Source of the DNA: Nitrosopumilus sp.
Lineage (GTDB): Archaea; Thermoproteota; Nitrososphaeria; Nitrososphaerales; Nitrosopumilaceae
Length of the DNA stretch: 64,000 nucleotides
Reading direction: 5' to 3'
NCBI GenBank assembly: GCA_965224195.1
Contig: OZ245040.1
Span: 896,001-960,000, forward strand
The notes beneath the pieces are model-generated. The model made no database searches. It worked only from the letters and a program-made list of their open reading frames with translations, and was not told the DNA's origin. Made by a program: the position numbers and the translations under genes. Shown piece by piece: positions 41,240 to 52,417 of this stretch. The stretch's first letter is position 1, and every line of letters starts with the position of its first letter.

Positions 41240-42244
41240 TTAGAAGAGGTATATTATATATCCATCTATCTCAAGAAGACTCCCTTTCTCCAAGTCTATT
41301 GAAGACAGGTCACAGCTTTCTGCAAATTGTACAACTTGAAGTTTGTAGTGCATGTCTTGAGAATAACTTGTCGGATAATTTTCAATAAATCTAAATCCAG
41401 TAGGAAGGCCTTCTATTGTACAAGAATCATTGTTTTTTTCAAGAGGATTTGATCTGCTATTTTTTTCATCGCTATTACCAATACTTTTTCTATTTGTGAT
41501 GAATACAGATGATACATGTTCTGTATTTTTTATCTGTCTAACATTATCTATTGTTTGAATGTTATCAAAAGATACAATAAACTCGTTTTTTCCAAGATAT
41601 GGCATAAAAATCGGATTGTTGTCCTCTATCCTTTTTGACAGCTCATCAATTAGCTCTTCTTTGGTGTCGTCATACACGTAAATCCTGTAGGATGGTTTTA
41701 TCAGAAGCTGCTCGTCACAAATTATGTTTTCATACTTGCCGCCACCAAAATAGCTGTTGCGGCTGTTATATCTATTCACTATTTTGTTAAACGGAAAATT
41801 GCCGTTTGGTTTTATTCCAATCTTAAGATGTTTGAGTCTTTTATAATATTCAGGATACTGGATCTCAGATTCTAACTCTTCTATGATTTTATAGTACTCG
41901 TCGCCGTGGTCAAAGTTGCCTTTTTTTATATCTTTTAGGGTGTTTAGTAATTCAAGCAATCTATCACGTGCCTTGAACTTTAATCTTTCAAGTATGATCT
42001 GAATTAAATCGATATCAATTTTATCTTGTTTTTTTGTTGACTTTAACGATTCCAATTGAAGATACTCCAAATTTTCATATTGCTTGTTTATTCCACCCAT
42101 CCCCAATATGCTACCGATTATTCCCAAAATTGCAGGTTTTGGAGGCAGATTGTATGTTAGGCTTATTTTGTTGATATCAGGTTTCTTAAAAAAGCCAAAA
42201 TCCGAACTAATATCAAAGGAGATAAGACTTGTCATCAGAATCAC
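41240..42244 (-). CDS. cas5: Type I-B Cas5 with an internal insertion
   Basis: DFGFFKKPD..LTY..PKPAILGIIGSILG and PYLGKNEF motifs. Confidence 0.88.
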   Translation of the reverse strand: MILMTSLISFDISSDFGFFKKPDINKISLTYNLPPKPAILGIIGSILGMGGINKQYENLEYLQLESLKSTKKQDKIDIDLIQIILERLKFKARDRLLELLNTLKDIKKGNFDHGDEYYKIIEELESEIQYPEYYKRLKHLKIGIKPNGNFPFNKIVNRYNSRNSYFGGGKYENIICDEQLLIKPSYRIYVYDDTKEELIDELSKRIEDNNPIFMPYLGKNEFIVSFDNIQTIDNVRQIKNTEHVSSVFITNRKSIGNSDEKNSRSNPLEKNNDSCTIEGLPTGFRFIENYPTSYSQDMHYKLQVVQFAESCDLSSIDLEKGSLLEIDGYIIYLF

Positions 42245-42255
42245 ACCTAGTTGAT

Positions 42256-43236
42256 TTACTTGTTGTGGATTTCTTCTAAGGTAACAATATGTCTTTTTTT
42301 AACAGGGAACATTTCTATTCCACTTAATTCAGTTTCATTATCATCATAATACAGTTCCACACTTGAAATATATTTTTTATAATTTTTTTCAAATATAATA
42401 AAAAGATCTTCTAAATCTATTTGAGTTTTTCCATTGCTCTTGTTTATTTTGACATGATCTTTCATCATAGGCAGTATATGGGATTCTATTTTTTCATCTT
42501 TTTCATCAGCATTCATTTCAATGAACATGAACAATTCAGAATCAGATCCAATTTTGGAAGCAGATGTAGTATGGCTAACACTACGGCACATTGCTTCTTT
42601 GAACAGTTCTACATCTAATTCTGACAAAAGTGATTCGTTAGTTTTTTTGTCACTATATACTAGCGAATTAATCAAATTATTGGGATTGATCACAAAATCA
42701 TATACATAGTGAGCCTCTAGTGTCTTTGTTTCATTTCCAAGAGTTTGTTGTTTTGCCTCTTTCTTTTTTTCACTTGCCTTTAGATCTGCATATGGAGAAA
42801 GTATTTGATTGTTAAAAAACAGATTTTCATCAAGTTTGTTAATGCCATAAGAAATCTGTGTTGTTCCGGTTAGTGAAACATTAGTTTTTCCAGCATATGT
42901 GGCACCAAATAATCTAACATCAAGTGCAGATGACAATTTGTCAATTGTGTCTGGTTTATTATCAGATGGTTTTGAATTAAAAACCGATTCATAGTTGTCA
43001 TCTATATTGCATGGATTGCCATCTTTTTTGTATCTCCTCCAAACAAACACTTTCTTGCCTTTGTCATGCAAATATTTTCTAACACAATATTTTAGTGCCT
43101 TATCTGTAGCATATATTGTTCCATTGTTATCAGGCAATCTTCGTGGTAATCCGCTAAAATCACTGTTAAAAGAGCTGTTTTGTGTCCTTACAATCAATAG
43201 GCCTTGTGCAAATTTCTTAAAATGTTTGCTTGTCAT
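42256..43236 (-). CDS. cas7: Type I-B Cas7 (Csh2-like)
   Basis: NSDFSGLPR, ATDKALKY.VR, DVRLFG and QQTLG motifs. Confidence 0.9.
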   Translation of the reverse strand: MTSKHFKKFAQGLLIVRTQNSSFNSDFSGLPRRLPDNNGTIYATDKALKYCVRKYLHDKGKKVFVWRRYKKDGNPCNIDDNYESVFNSKPSDNKPDTIDKLSSALDVRLFGATYAGKTNVSLTGTTQISYGINKLDENLFFNNQILSPYADLKASEKKKEAKQQTLGNETKTLEAHYVYDFVINPNNLINSLVYSDKKTNESLLSELDVELFKEAMCRSVSHTTSASKIGSDSELFMFIEMNADEKDEKIESHILPMMKDHVKINKSNGKTQIDLEDLFIIFEKNYKKYISSVELYYDDNETELSGIEMFPVKKRHIVTLEEIHNK

Positions 43237-43261
43237 AGACACATCATTCCTTTTTCTTGTA

Positions 43262-44953
43262 TTAAATAATGTTTTCGTCAAATGCTCCAACATAAAATGG
43301 GATCTTTAATGGTATAAACGAACTGTCAGTTTCGTATGAAAGAACACATGATGCAATCTTTCTAAAACGCATATTGCTAAGATTTATCTCATGTCTATAT
43401 TGCTCTATAAGTTGTTCAATTGTTTTCTTGACTAGTTGTGTAGTAGACTTGTTGGTAAACGGTTCAAGAAGCCCATAGGTTTTGTCTTTTGATTTGGACA
43501 AAGACACCAAGTAGTAAGCTATTTGACCTGTAAAGTATGCCCATGCCTCATGACTAGCAATCTCAAATTTTTCAATCTCATTGGATGTAATCTTTTCTTT
43601 TGCATCTTTGATATGGTCTAAAACACAGTTAGTCTTATCTTTATTCTGCAATAACAAATGTCTGTTAAAAAACAAATTAAAGGTTTCCCTATAGTAGAAT
43701 GTAGTGTTATTTCTTATACTTTTTTCCACCCTAAACAAAATGATGTTTTGCAAATCTCTGTCAGTTAGCGTACGCTGATTTCTATAGACAAAATCAAATA
43801 CCTTTTGTCTTAGAGAATAAGTCAAGGTGGTCTGCTGCTGATCTTTTGCACTTATTATTTTACCAAAATATTGAATGTGGGGTTTATCAGTTAATGCTTT
43901 AGATATCTCTGATTCAATTTGAATACGAGTAACGGAATATGACTGTCTATCCTCATCAAAAAAATCTACATATTCACCAATTTCCCATTTATATCCCGTG
44001 ACATAATCAAAGAAATAATAATCATCGTGGGTAATTACAACAAGATAAAAATCAAATATTTTCTTGTCTTGTTTGAGTTGTTTAAAAATAAAATCAAATT
44101 TATTTTCATCTTTTTCTAGGTTAGATCCTAATAATTTGATTTCTGCATTTAGTTCATCAGGTACAATGAACAAAGGAAAAATTTTGATTTTGTAATGTTT
44201 TAGTATTTTATCAAATTTATCTAATTTTAGTACACAATCCCTGCATGCTCTAAGTGGAATACCTTTACCATTTTTACTAAACTTGGTAACATGTTTTAAA
44301 AAAATTTTCTTTTCATCATAGTTGGTCAAAAAATTAGGATTTGAAATTGTAGTGTTTTTGTTACATACAAAACACTCCCCATCAATGACAAGAGATGCCT
44401 TTCCTTGTGCTGTTTTCTTATTAATAGAATCAGATGCAATTTTTTCCCATTGAACAAATCTTTCTTCACCAGTATGAATCAATACATAAAAATTCAGATA
44501 CTTGAAAGTGTTATCGTTTTTTTCTTTCAAATCATCCGCCGCATCTTTTAGAATTTTGTGAATGTTTTTGATTAGTGTTTCATGTTCATTCTTTGAGAAT
44601 TTTGTTTGGCTTATTTTTTTCAAAAAACAGTTGAGGTTTTTGTCTGAAAGTTTGAAGGCAAAAAAAGAGTATGTTGCTAATCCACTCATACTGCCCAATG
44701 CTTTCTGTAGCATAGACGGCAAAATATAACCATCAAAGTTCTTTATTATTTTTTCATAATACTTGTTTTTATCAATCCATTCTTTGATTTTAGAATCATC
44801 ATCTAATATTTCAAGCTCATCATATTCAAGGAAGTTATTCTTTTCTTTGGTTTTAACTATGATAATTTTTTTTCCTGCATAATCTTTTTCAAATTTTTGT
44901 TCTGGTTTGTTTTTGTCATATGTATCAATAAACACGATTATCTCTTTTAGCAT
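43262..44953 (-). CDS. cas8b: Type I-B large subunit Cas8b
   Basis: Lies between cas6 and cas7; CFVC..CRDC Zn finger; C-terminal Cas11-like AYFTGQIAYYL. Confidence 0.75.
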   Translation of the reverse strand: MLKEIIVFIDTYDKNKPEQKFEKDYAGKKIIIVKTKEKNNFLEYDELEILDDDSKIKEWIDKNKYYEKIIKNFDGYILPSMLQKALGSMSGLATYSFFAFKLSDKNLNCFLKKISQTKFSKNEHETLIKNIHKILKDAADDLKEKNDNTFKYLNFYVLIHTGEERFVQWEKIASDSINKKTAQGKASLVIDGECFVCNKNTTISNPNFLTNYDEKKIFLKHVTKFSKNGKGIPLRACRDCVLKLDKFDKILKHYKIKIFPLFIVPDELNAEIKLLGSNLEKDENKFDFIFKQLKQDKKIFDFYLVVITHDDYYFFDYVTGYKWEIGEYVDFFDEDRQSYSVTRIQIESEISKALTDKPHIQYFGKIISAKDQQQTTLTYSLRQKVFDFVYRNQRTLTDRDLQNIILFRVEKSIRNNTTFYYRETFNLFFNRHLLLQNKDKTNCVLDHIKDAKEKITSNEIEKFEIASHEAWAYFTGQIAYYLVSLSKSKDKTYGLLEPFTNKSTTQLVKKTIEQLIEQYRHEINLSNMRFRKIASCVLSYETDSSFIPLKIPFYVGAFDENII

Positions 44954-44993
44954 CTATCACACAACATTGTAATCAATAATTCTAAATTATATA

Positions 44994-45743
44994 TCATTTT
45001 AAAATTATCTTTTTAATAACAGGATTCACAAAACCAAAACCAAGTGAATTTCGTTCCCCTAATCCACAATCAAGAGCAAACTTTTGAATTTTAGGCGAAA
45101 TACCAGATGAAAACTCTATATTCCATAATGACCCAATAATTGGAATTTTTGACGTTCCCTGCTCAATTTTAGTTGATACCTGTTTTTTGAATTCATATCG
45201 CTCAAAGATTCTTTTTTTAATTTGTAATCCAGTAAACTCGGTATATTTTTTTCGCATATTGGCCTCAAGTGCATCAATGAACAGGTCAACTGGATGATCA
45301 GATCTCCACAGGACTGACTTGTAAGGAGCAGTATTCGTTATTTTCCCATAATATTTTTCAATAGGTATACGCACAATTATCGGAGATTGGGTAACTATTT
45401 TTAATGGAAATACTAAATTTTTTTCAGGTACTTTTGTTACCTTAATTATCTTAAATAAACTTCCAATTGATATTAGTACATGATTGTCAATGATTTTGTT
45501 TAATTGATCATGTATCTGGTTTATGAGTTCTTTATCAGGTGAAGATATAATCAAATGGTAATGCTTATAATTTGTTGATTTGAATATGTTTGAAAAGCAA
45601 AAGAACTTGTATCCTTTTTTATCATGTAGTTGATCAAAGCTGCTATTTCGAAGAAAAGAGTAGATAAATCCTTGGATTTTTCCATGATATTCAAAATTAA
45701 TTTGATAATTTTGTAATGGTTTTATGAAAAGCAGTATACGCAT
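44994..45743 (-). CDS. cas6: CRISPR endoribonuclease Cas6
   Basis: LHDKKGYKFFCFS and GLGERNSLGFG motifs. Confidence 0.95.
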   Translation of the reverse strand: MRILLFIKPLQNYQINFEYHGKIQGFIYSFLRNSSFDQLHDKKGYKFFCFSNIFKSTNYKHYHLIISSPDKELINQIHDQLNKIIDNHVLISIGSLFKIIKVTKVPEKNLVFPLKIVTQSPIIVRIPIEKYYGKITNTAPYKSVLWRSDHPVDLFIDALEANMRKKYTEFTGLQIKKRIFERYEFKKQVSTKIEQGTSKIPIIGSLWNIEFSSGISPKIQKFALDCGLGERNSLGFGFVNPVIKKIILK

Positions 45744-45811
45744 ACTATAATTGATTGAGTTTGCTTATTTCATCTTTTAGTTGAAAAATATGTTTAAGGA
45801 GGTCTTCTCCA

Positions 45812-48800
45812 ATTTCAATCCTCAGTAGTTGGGAAAGTAAAATCTAATTACTTGAGTTTCGGTTATTCCACATCGATTTTATGATGATATTTCTATTAAT
45901 CCTATAATTTGAGCCCGATATTTGTCTAGGCACAAAAATCAATATGGAAAATTTAGTGAAAATCGCCCTCTCACAAGTTACTTTCCCAAGTACTGATCCT
46001 ATAATAGTTCGATTCAAACGAGCCATAATGATGTAGCAACTTTGAAAGATTGGTAATTTCAATCCTATAATAGTTCGATTCAAACTGGGATTTTACTTGT
46101 TGCAGGACAGAGTACCTGGTACATTTCAATCCTATAATAGTTCGATTCAAACCCTTGTCGTCGGTTATGCCAAGGTAAGTTCGTACATAATTTCAATCCT
46201 ATAATAGTTCGATTCAAACTGTCTCGGCCTGGAGGCTTTGGAAACGTTTCCTGGCATTTCAATCCTATAATAGTTCGATTCAAACTGGAAAGCGATGCGG
46301 GATGTGCGACATATATCTGACTATTTCAATCCTATAATAGTTCGATTCAAACGAGCAATGAGGATCTATATAAAAAGATAAATTCACAATTTCAATCCTA
46401 TAATAGTTCGATTCAAACTTGATGAAATTAGAACATCATCTGAGATGTTCTCCGATTTCAATCCTATAATAGTTCGATTCAAACCTAATCGCAAAATCGA
46501 CAACAAGATATTTCCATTCAATTTCAATCCTATAATAGTTCGATTCAAACGTATAGCTCTGAAACATGATATCCTGCTGTGATGCCTATTTCAATCCTAT
46601 AATAGTTCGATTCAAACTAATCAAACCTCCGATCCAGATGTGAATACTTCATCATTTCAATCCTATAATAGTTCGATTCAAACGATCCTGCGTCCTTTAC
46701 CTCGCCGGAAAACGAGTCAAATTTCAATCCTATAATAGTTCGATTCAAACGACGACAATATTAACATGTGAGCGTATGTTAGTTTCATTTCAATCCTATA
46801 ATAGTTCGATTCAAACTCGTAACATAGGCACAAATGCGGCAGGAGTTGGGGTATTTCAATCCTATAATAGTTCGATTCAAACCAGCTGTTACAGCATAAC
46901 AAACATGCTAAATTCCCAATTTCAATCCTATAATAGTTCGATTCAAACTGGTATTGAATCCTATAATAACATCTCAAACGCATAATTTCAATCCTATAAT
47001 AGTTCGATTCAAACACGAAAGCGATGCGGGATGTGTGCCATATACCTGGTGATTTCAATCCTATAATAGTTCGATTCAAACAAGACATGAACAGACTGCT
47101 AAACGCTCAAATTTGTGATTTCAATCCTATAATAGTTCGATTCAAACATGCGCGCTTGATGTATACGCCTACTGTAGATACATCCCATTTCAATCCTATA
47201 ATAGTTCGATTCAAACAGTTCCAAACGATTATAATTATATCGTGATGGCATAATTTCAATCCTATAATAGTTCGATTCAAACATGGCAATCGCCAAGTTC
47301 TAAGACACATTGTAATTTAATTTCAATCCTATAATAGTTCGATTCAAACAATCCATGTCAGCACCTGTCCGTCTGGCGTTATCGTATTTCAATCCTATAA
47401 TAGTTCGATTCAAACCGACAGCAAACGCGCATTCTGCAGGTGTCGCGGCAATATTTCAATCCTATAATAGTTCGATTCAAACCCACGATCAGAGACAGAA
47501 GGAAAAGGGAAACGGATTCATTTCAATCCTATAATAGTTCGATTCAAACCTTGATCCAATAGAATGGGAAACAAGGCATAATACCATTTCAATCCTATAA
47601 TAGTTCGATTCAAACGACAGATCATACTGTTGATATGCCGCGTATATCATGCATTTCAATCCTATAATAGTTCGATTCAAACGCGCACATTTGTATCGTG
47701 AACACTATAAGAGTATTCAATTTCAATCCTATAATAGTTCGATTCAAACTATTGTAATCTGTCATGTAAGCGGTCATTGCGTATTCATTTCAATCCTATA
47801 ATAGTTCGATTCAAACCTTGATCCAATAGAATGGGAAACAAGGCATAATACCATTTCAATCCTATAATAGTTCGATTCAAACGACAGATCATACTGTTGA
47901 TATGCCGCGTATATCATGCATTTCAATCCTATAATAGTTCGATTCAAACCTCAACAGACAAGACGGCAGCGGGGTCAGTGACCTCATTTCAATCCTATAA
48001 TAGTTCGATTCAAACGGCAAACACTCCCCTCCATGTATCACTGCAGCAAAAATTTCAATCCTATAATAGTTCGATTCAAACCGCAGAATATGATAGTGTT
48101 AACAATGTCTACAACAAATTTCAATCCTATAATAGTTCGATTCAAACACGGCACATGGGCAATCAGATCAGCCGGCACCTGATTTCAATCCTATAATAGT
48201 TCGATTCAAACTTTATTCTGTCAGCCATTGTTAAATAAGTTTAATTGTATTTCAATCCTATAATAGTTCGATTCAAACAGTCCGGCGCCACAATACACGT
48301 CTCACCCGCTATTACATTTCAATCCTATAATAGTTCGATTCAAACCAATTCTGGAAATGGATCATCCTCGTCAAACTCGTCATTTCAATCCTATAATAGT
48401 TCGATTCAAACCAGAAATGGAAAAAATACCATCAAACTCTGTAGACCATTTCAATCCTATAATAGTTCGATTCAAACCGCCTTGGGGCAGAGGTATTAAC
48501 ATATTAGATTCTCATTTCAATCCTATAATAGTTCGATTCAAACTTGATACGAATTGCAATGATGGAGGATTCTCTGCAAATTTCAATCCTATAATAGTTC
48601 GATTCAAACCTGTATCAGAATTCATATTCAAACTGAACTTTATGCATTTCAATCCTATAATAGTTCGATTCAAACAATTTGCAAAAATCTTCATTGCAAC
48701 TGTGGGATAAGATTTCAATCCTATAATAGTTCGATTCAAACTGTTCTGTCATATCCGCTAAAATCATGATCCGAATAAATTTCAATCCTATAATAGTTCG

Positions 48801-50529
48801 ATTCAAACTAATTTGCCACTGGACATCATACCCCACTTCATCAAATTTCAATCCTATAATAGTTCGATTCAAACACGAAGATAGAAGCGAGTGCTACACC
48901 GACTACTACATTTCAATCCTATAATAGTTCGATTCAAACGGGTCTGATACAGCCCAAAGAACGCAAAATGCAGAATTTCAATCCTATAATAGTTCGATTC
49001 AAACCGGCAAAGATACAACCGCTAGTGGCTTACACCCCCTATTTCAATCCTATAATAGTTCGATTCAAACGCATTTTTTACACCGTTTGAATCGTTTACC
49101 AGCTTCAATTTCAATCCTATAATAGTTCGATTCAAACGCGGCACATACACAAACGCTGTATCAAGGGGTTGGATTTCAATCCTATAATAGTTCGATTCAA
49201 ACCCAGCTGATGGCAGTGACTTTCAATTATTATAATTTCAATCCTATAATAGTTCGATTCAAACTTATTTCCTGGCCTTGGCTATGATACAGCCTATAAG
49301 ATTTCAATCCTATAATAGTTCGATTCAAACTTTGTCTAGCAAATCTTGCAATCCACCATAAGTTAATTTCAATCCTATAATAGTTCGATTCAAACAAGTC
49401 TGAATTATTGACAATGCCATATACCCATAGAATTTCAATCCTATAATAGTTCGATTCAAACAAAGAATTGCACACATTCACATGTCCGACATCACACATT
49501 TCAATCCTATAATAGTTCGATTCAAACTAAGCGATGACCTAGATGATGCAAAGGTCGATTACGAATTTCAATCCTATAATAGTTCGATTCAAACAAGTAA
49601 CAGATCCTTCTAGTTGTGCTATGTAATCATATTTCAATCCTATAATAGTTCGATTCAAACGAACAACACTTAGGCGTTAAATCCTTCGAGGTTCTAATTT
49701 CAATCCTATAATAGTTCGATTCAAACCTATTACTTTGGTCTTTGATTCTCACTTTGCTCTGAAATTTCAATCCTATAATAGTTCGATTCAAACCAAAAAC
49801 TAGGCTCCTGGATAAAATGCGATGAAGAAGAATTTCAATCCTATAATAGTTCGATTCAAACTTTGCTCGTAAGAGATATCACGGTATGAGAATGACCTAC
49901 ATTTCAATCCTATAATAGTTCGATTCAAACGAGATAACTGATGATGATCTCTGGCAAAGAATACAGTCATTTCAATCCTATAATAGTTCGATTCAAACGT
50001 CTCTAACAGAACAGCAACACGACAGTCATACCACTATTTCAATCCTATAATAGTTCGATTCAAACATGCAACTGATGCGCTGTATTATGTTACAGTTGAT
50101 GATTTCAATCCTATAATAGTTCGATTCAAACAAATTACTATGGCACTATATCCAGGATCGGTAAATGATTTCAATCCTATAATAGTTCGATTCAAACGTT
50201 CCGAAGAGACCGGGATGAGGATGAGGATAAGAATTTCAATCCTATAATAGTTCGATTCAAACTGGAATTGGTGAATCCTGTGAATTTCTGAATTCTTGAA
50301 ATTTCAATCCTATAATAGTTCGATTCAAACTTTGACCGAATTAGCTATGAATCTAGATTTGCATCAATTTCAATCCTATAATAGTTCGATTCAAACTATA
50401 TCAGAATCGTTATAGCAGCGAGGGCAAAGATGAATTTCAATCCTATAATAGTTCGATTCAAACCAGAACTGCCACTAGTGCTATTGTTCCCTATTGGTTA
50501 TTTCAATCCTATAATAGTTCGATTCAAAC
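45812..50529 (-). CRISPR. CRISPR array, about 69 repeats / 68 spacers of ~32-39 nt
   Basis: Invariant 30-bp repeat GTTTGAATCGAACTATTATAGGATTGAAAT on the minus strand. Count is manual; orientation inferred from the ATTGAAAT 3' end and cas4 adjacency. Confidence 0.98.
45823..45995. mobile_element. 173-bp MITE (ISH3-like ends) inside the trailer CRISPR repeat
   Basis: TIRs cagtagttgggaaagtaa / ttactttcccaagtactg; 5-bp TSD atcct at 45818-45822 and 45996-46000. Removal restores a perfect repeat. Confidence 0.9.
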
Positions 50530-50679
50530 CCCGCCGTATTTGTGCGTAAGTACTTGTCCTAGCCCATTCTTTATTATTCTATCCCAAGTGCTGCATATGC
50601 TATATAATGGCAGCGATGCAATGTCGTAACTCTCCTTTAGCTGGTTTAATATGGCACCTATTTTTATTATATTTTCCAA
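50530..50679 (-). promoter_or_regulatory. CRISPR leader and divergent cas4 promoter region
   Basis: Non-coding stretch between the first repeat and cas4, with TATA-like tatataa (~50601) and tttaata (~50645). Confidence 0.6.
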
Positions 50680-51171
50680 ATGGCAGATCCCCCCAATCTT
50701 ACTGGAACACAGATAAACTACTATTTTGTGTGCAAGAGAAAGCTCTGGCTGTCCTCACATAACATTGCCTTTGAGTCAAGCTCTGATCTGGTAAAAATTG
50801 GCAGTCTAATAGACAAGGACTCTTTTAAGAGAAAGAAAAAAAACATCCGGATAGGAGACATATCAATAGACCATATTGACAAGGGGGTAATACACGAGGT
50901 CAAAAAATCCGACAAGATTCATGATGCCCATGAATACCAGCTGCTCTACTACATCTACTATCTCAAAAAACTAGGAATAAGGACGACTGGCATACTCAAC
51001 TATCCAAAGCTGAAAAAAACGGTAAAGGTAGTCCTGACAAAACAGAAGCAGGCCTTTTTGGATAACATAGTCCGTGATGCTGCCAAGATAATCTCTGAGA
51101 AAAAGCCTCAAGCTGCAGAATACAAGCCAATATGTGACAAGTGCGCCTATGCGGAGTACTGCTGGTCATGA
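50680..51171 (+). CDS. cas4: Cas4
   Basis: GTQINYYFVCKRKLW, HEVKKS, QLLYY and CDKCAYAEYCW motifs. Confidence 0.95.
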   Translation: MADPPNLTGTQINYYFVCKRKLWLSSHNIAFESSSDLVKIGSLIDKDSFKRKKKNIRIGDISIDHIDKGVIHEVKKSDKIHDAHEYQLLYYIYYLKKLGIRTTGILNYPKLKKTVKVVLTKQKQAFLDNIVRDAAKIISEKKPQAAEYKPICDKCAYAEYCWS

Positions 51172-52154
51172 ACGATTACTACATATTCAAGGGAGGACGG
51201 GTCAAGCGTACTCAAAACACCATACAGATAATATCTGCTGACGATGAGAAAAAATCAATATCTGTAATGGATGTCAGGGCACTGCACATATTTGGCCAGT
51301 GTGACTTTAATTCGGCGTTGATAGTTTTTTTAAACACAAAGGGGATTGCGGTACATTTTTACAACTATTATGGAAATTATGCAGGAAGCTACTATCCGCG
51401 TGAGAAGCTCCTGTCTGGTCTGGTGACAGTACGGCAGGTACAGCATTATCTGAATCAGCAAAAAAGAATGTATCTTGCATCTGAATTCATACGTGCAGCT
51501 ACGCACAACATGCTTGCAAACCTGCGCTATTACAAGTCAAAGAAAAAGGACGTCTCTGTCCACATTGAAAAAATACAGCAACTGCAACAGAAGATGCCCT
51601 CATGCAGTAATATTGATGAGCTGATGGGAATAGAGGGAAACTGCAGAAACATATACTATGATTCATTTGACAGTTTTCTGAGGGATGACTTTAAGATGGA
51701 AAAAAGAACCAGAATGCCGCCACAAAACATGCTTAACTCGCTGATATCGTTTGGAAACAGCATGATGTATGGAAGTGCCGTAACTGAGATATATCACTCA
51801 CAGTTGGATCCTACCGTAAGCTATCTGCACGAGCCTGGATACAGAAGATTTTCATTGTCTTTGGACATCGCCGAGGTGTTCAAACCCGTAATCGTGGACA
51901 AGACAATATTTAAGATCGTAAACAGCAGGATGCTTGGTTCTGGAGACTTTGATGACTCTATGAATGGCTGTTACCTTGGAGAATCTGGGAGGAAGACGTT
52001 TGTCAAAGAGTATGATGAAAGACTGGACAGTACCGTCTATGTCTCTTCATTGAAAAAAAATGTGAGTTACAGGCGACTGTTGAGGATGGAATGCCACAAG
52101 ATAGTCAAGCACATTGTGGAGGATGCACGCTATGTCGGATTCAGACAGAGATAA
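51168..52154 (+). CDS. cas1: Cas1 (type I-B)
   Basis: YYGNYAGSYYPRE, LMGIEG, NSLISFGNS, SYLHEP and SLDIAEVFKP motifs. Confidence 0.97.
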   Translation: MNDYYIFKGGRVKRTQNTIQIISADDEKKSISVMDVRALHIFGQCDFNSALIVFLNTKGIAVHFYNYYGNYAGSYYPREKLLSGLVTVRQVQHYLNQQKRMYLASEFIRAATHNMLANLRYYKSKKKDVSVHIEKIQQLQQKMPSCSNIDELMGIEGNCRNIYYDSFDSFLRDDFKMEKRTRMPPQNMLNSLISFGNSMMYGSAVTEIYHSQLDPTVSYLHEPGYRRFSLSLDIAEVFKPVIVDKTIFKIVNSRMLGSGDFDDSMNGCYLGESGRKTFVKEYDERLDSTVYVSSLKKNVSYRRLLRMECHKIVKHIVEDARYVGFRQR

Positions 52155-52417
52155 TGTATTGCATAATAACGTATGACATTGGCACAGAGCGGATTGACGC
52201 AGTGCGTATAATGATCAAGCAATACCTCAACTGGATTCAAAATTCGGTCTTTGAAGGAGACATATCTGTGTCAAACTTGGCAGAGTTAAAGTCCAGAGTA
52301 TCTGACCTGATAAATGATGGCGAGGATTCGGTTCTTGTATTTACTGTAAACAATCCTGCATGGATAAAAAAAGAGGTGGTGGGAATTGATAAAAATAACC
52401 TGGATAACATAATATAG
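52154..52417 (+). CDS. cas2: Cas2
   Basis: MYCIITYDI...WIQNSVFEG motif. Confidence 0.95.
   Translation: MYCIITYDIGTERIDAVRIMIKQYLNWIQNSVFEGDISVSNLAELKSRVSDLINDGEDSVLVFTVNNPAWIKKEVVGIDKNNLDNII

Noticed and set aside
45844-49499. Many short ORFs in the ORF track (MNRTIIGLK, FESNYYRIE)
   Set aside because: Translations of CRISPR repeats.
46020-50499. Array spacers targeting sequences within this window, including the scar inserts
   Set aside because: No match seen by eye. This is not exhaustive and needs a BLASTN-short search.
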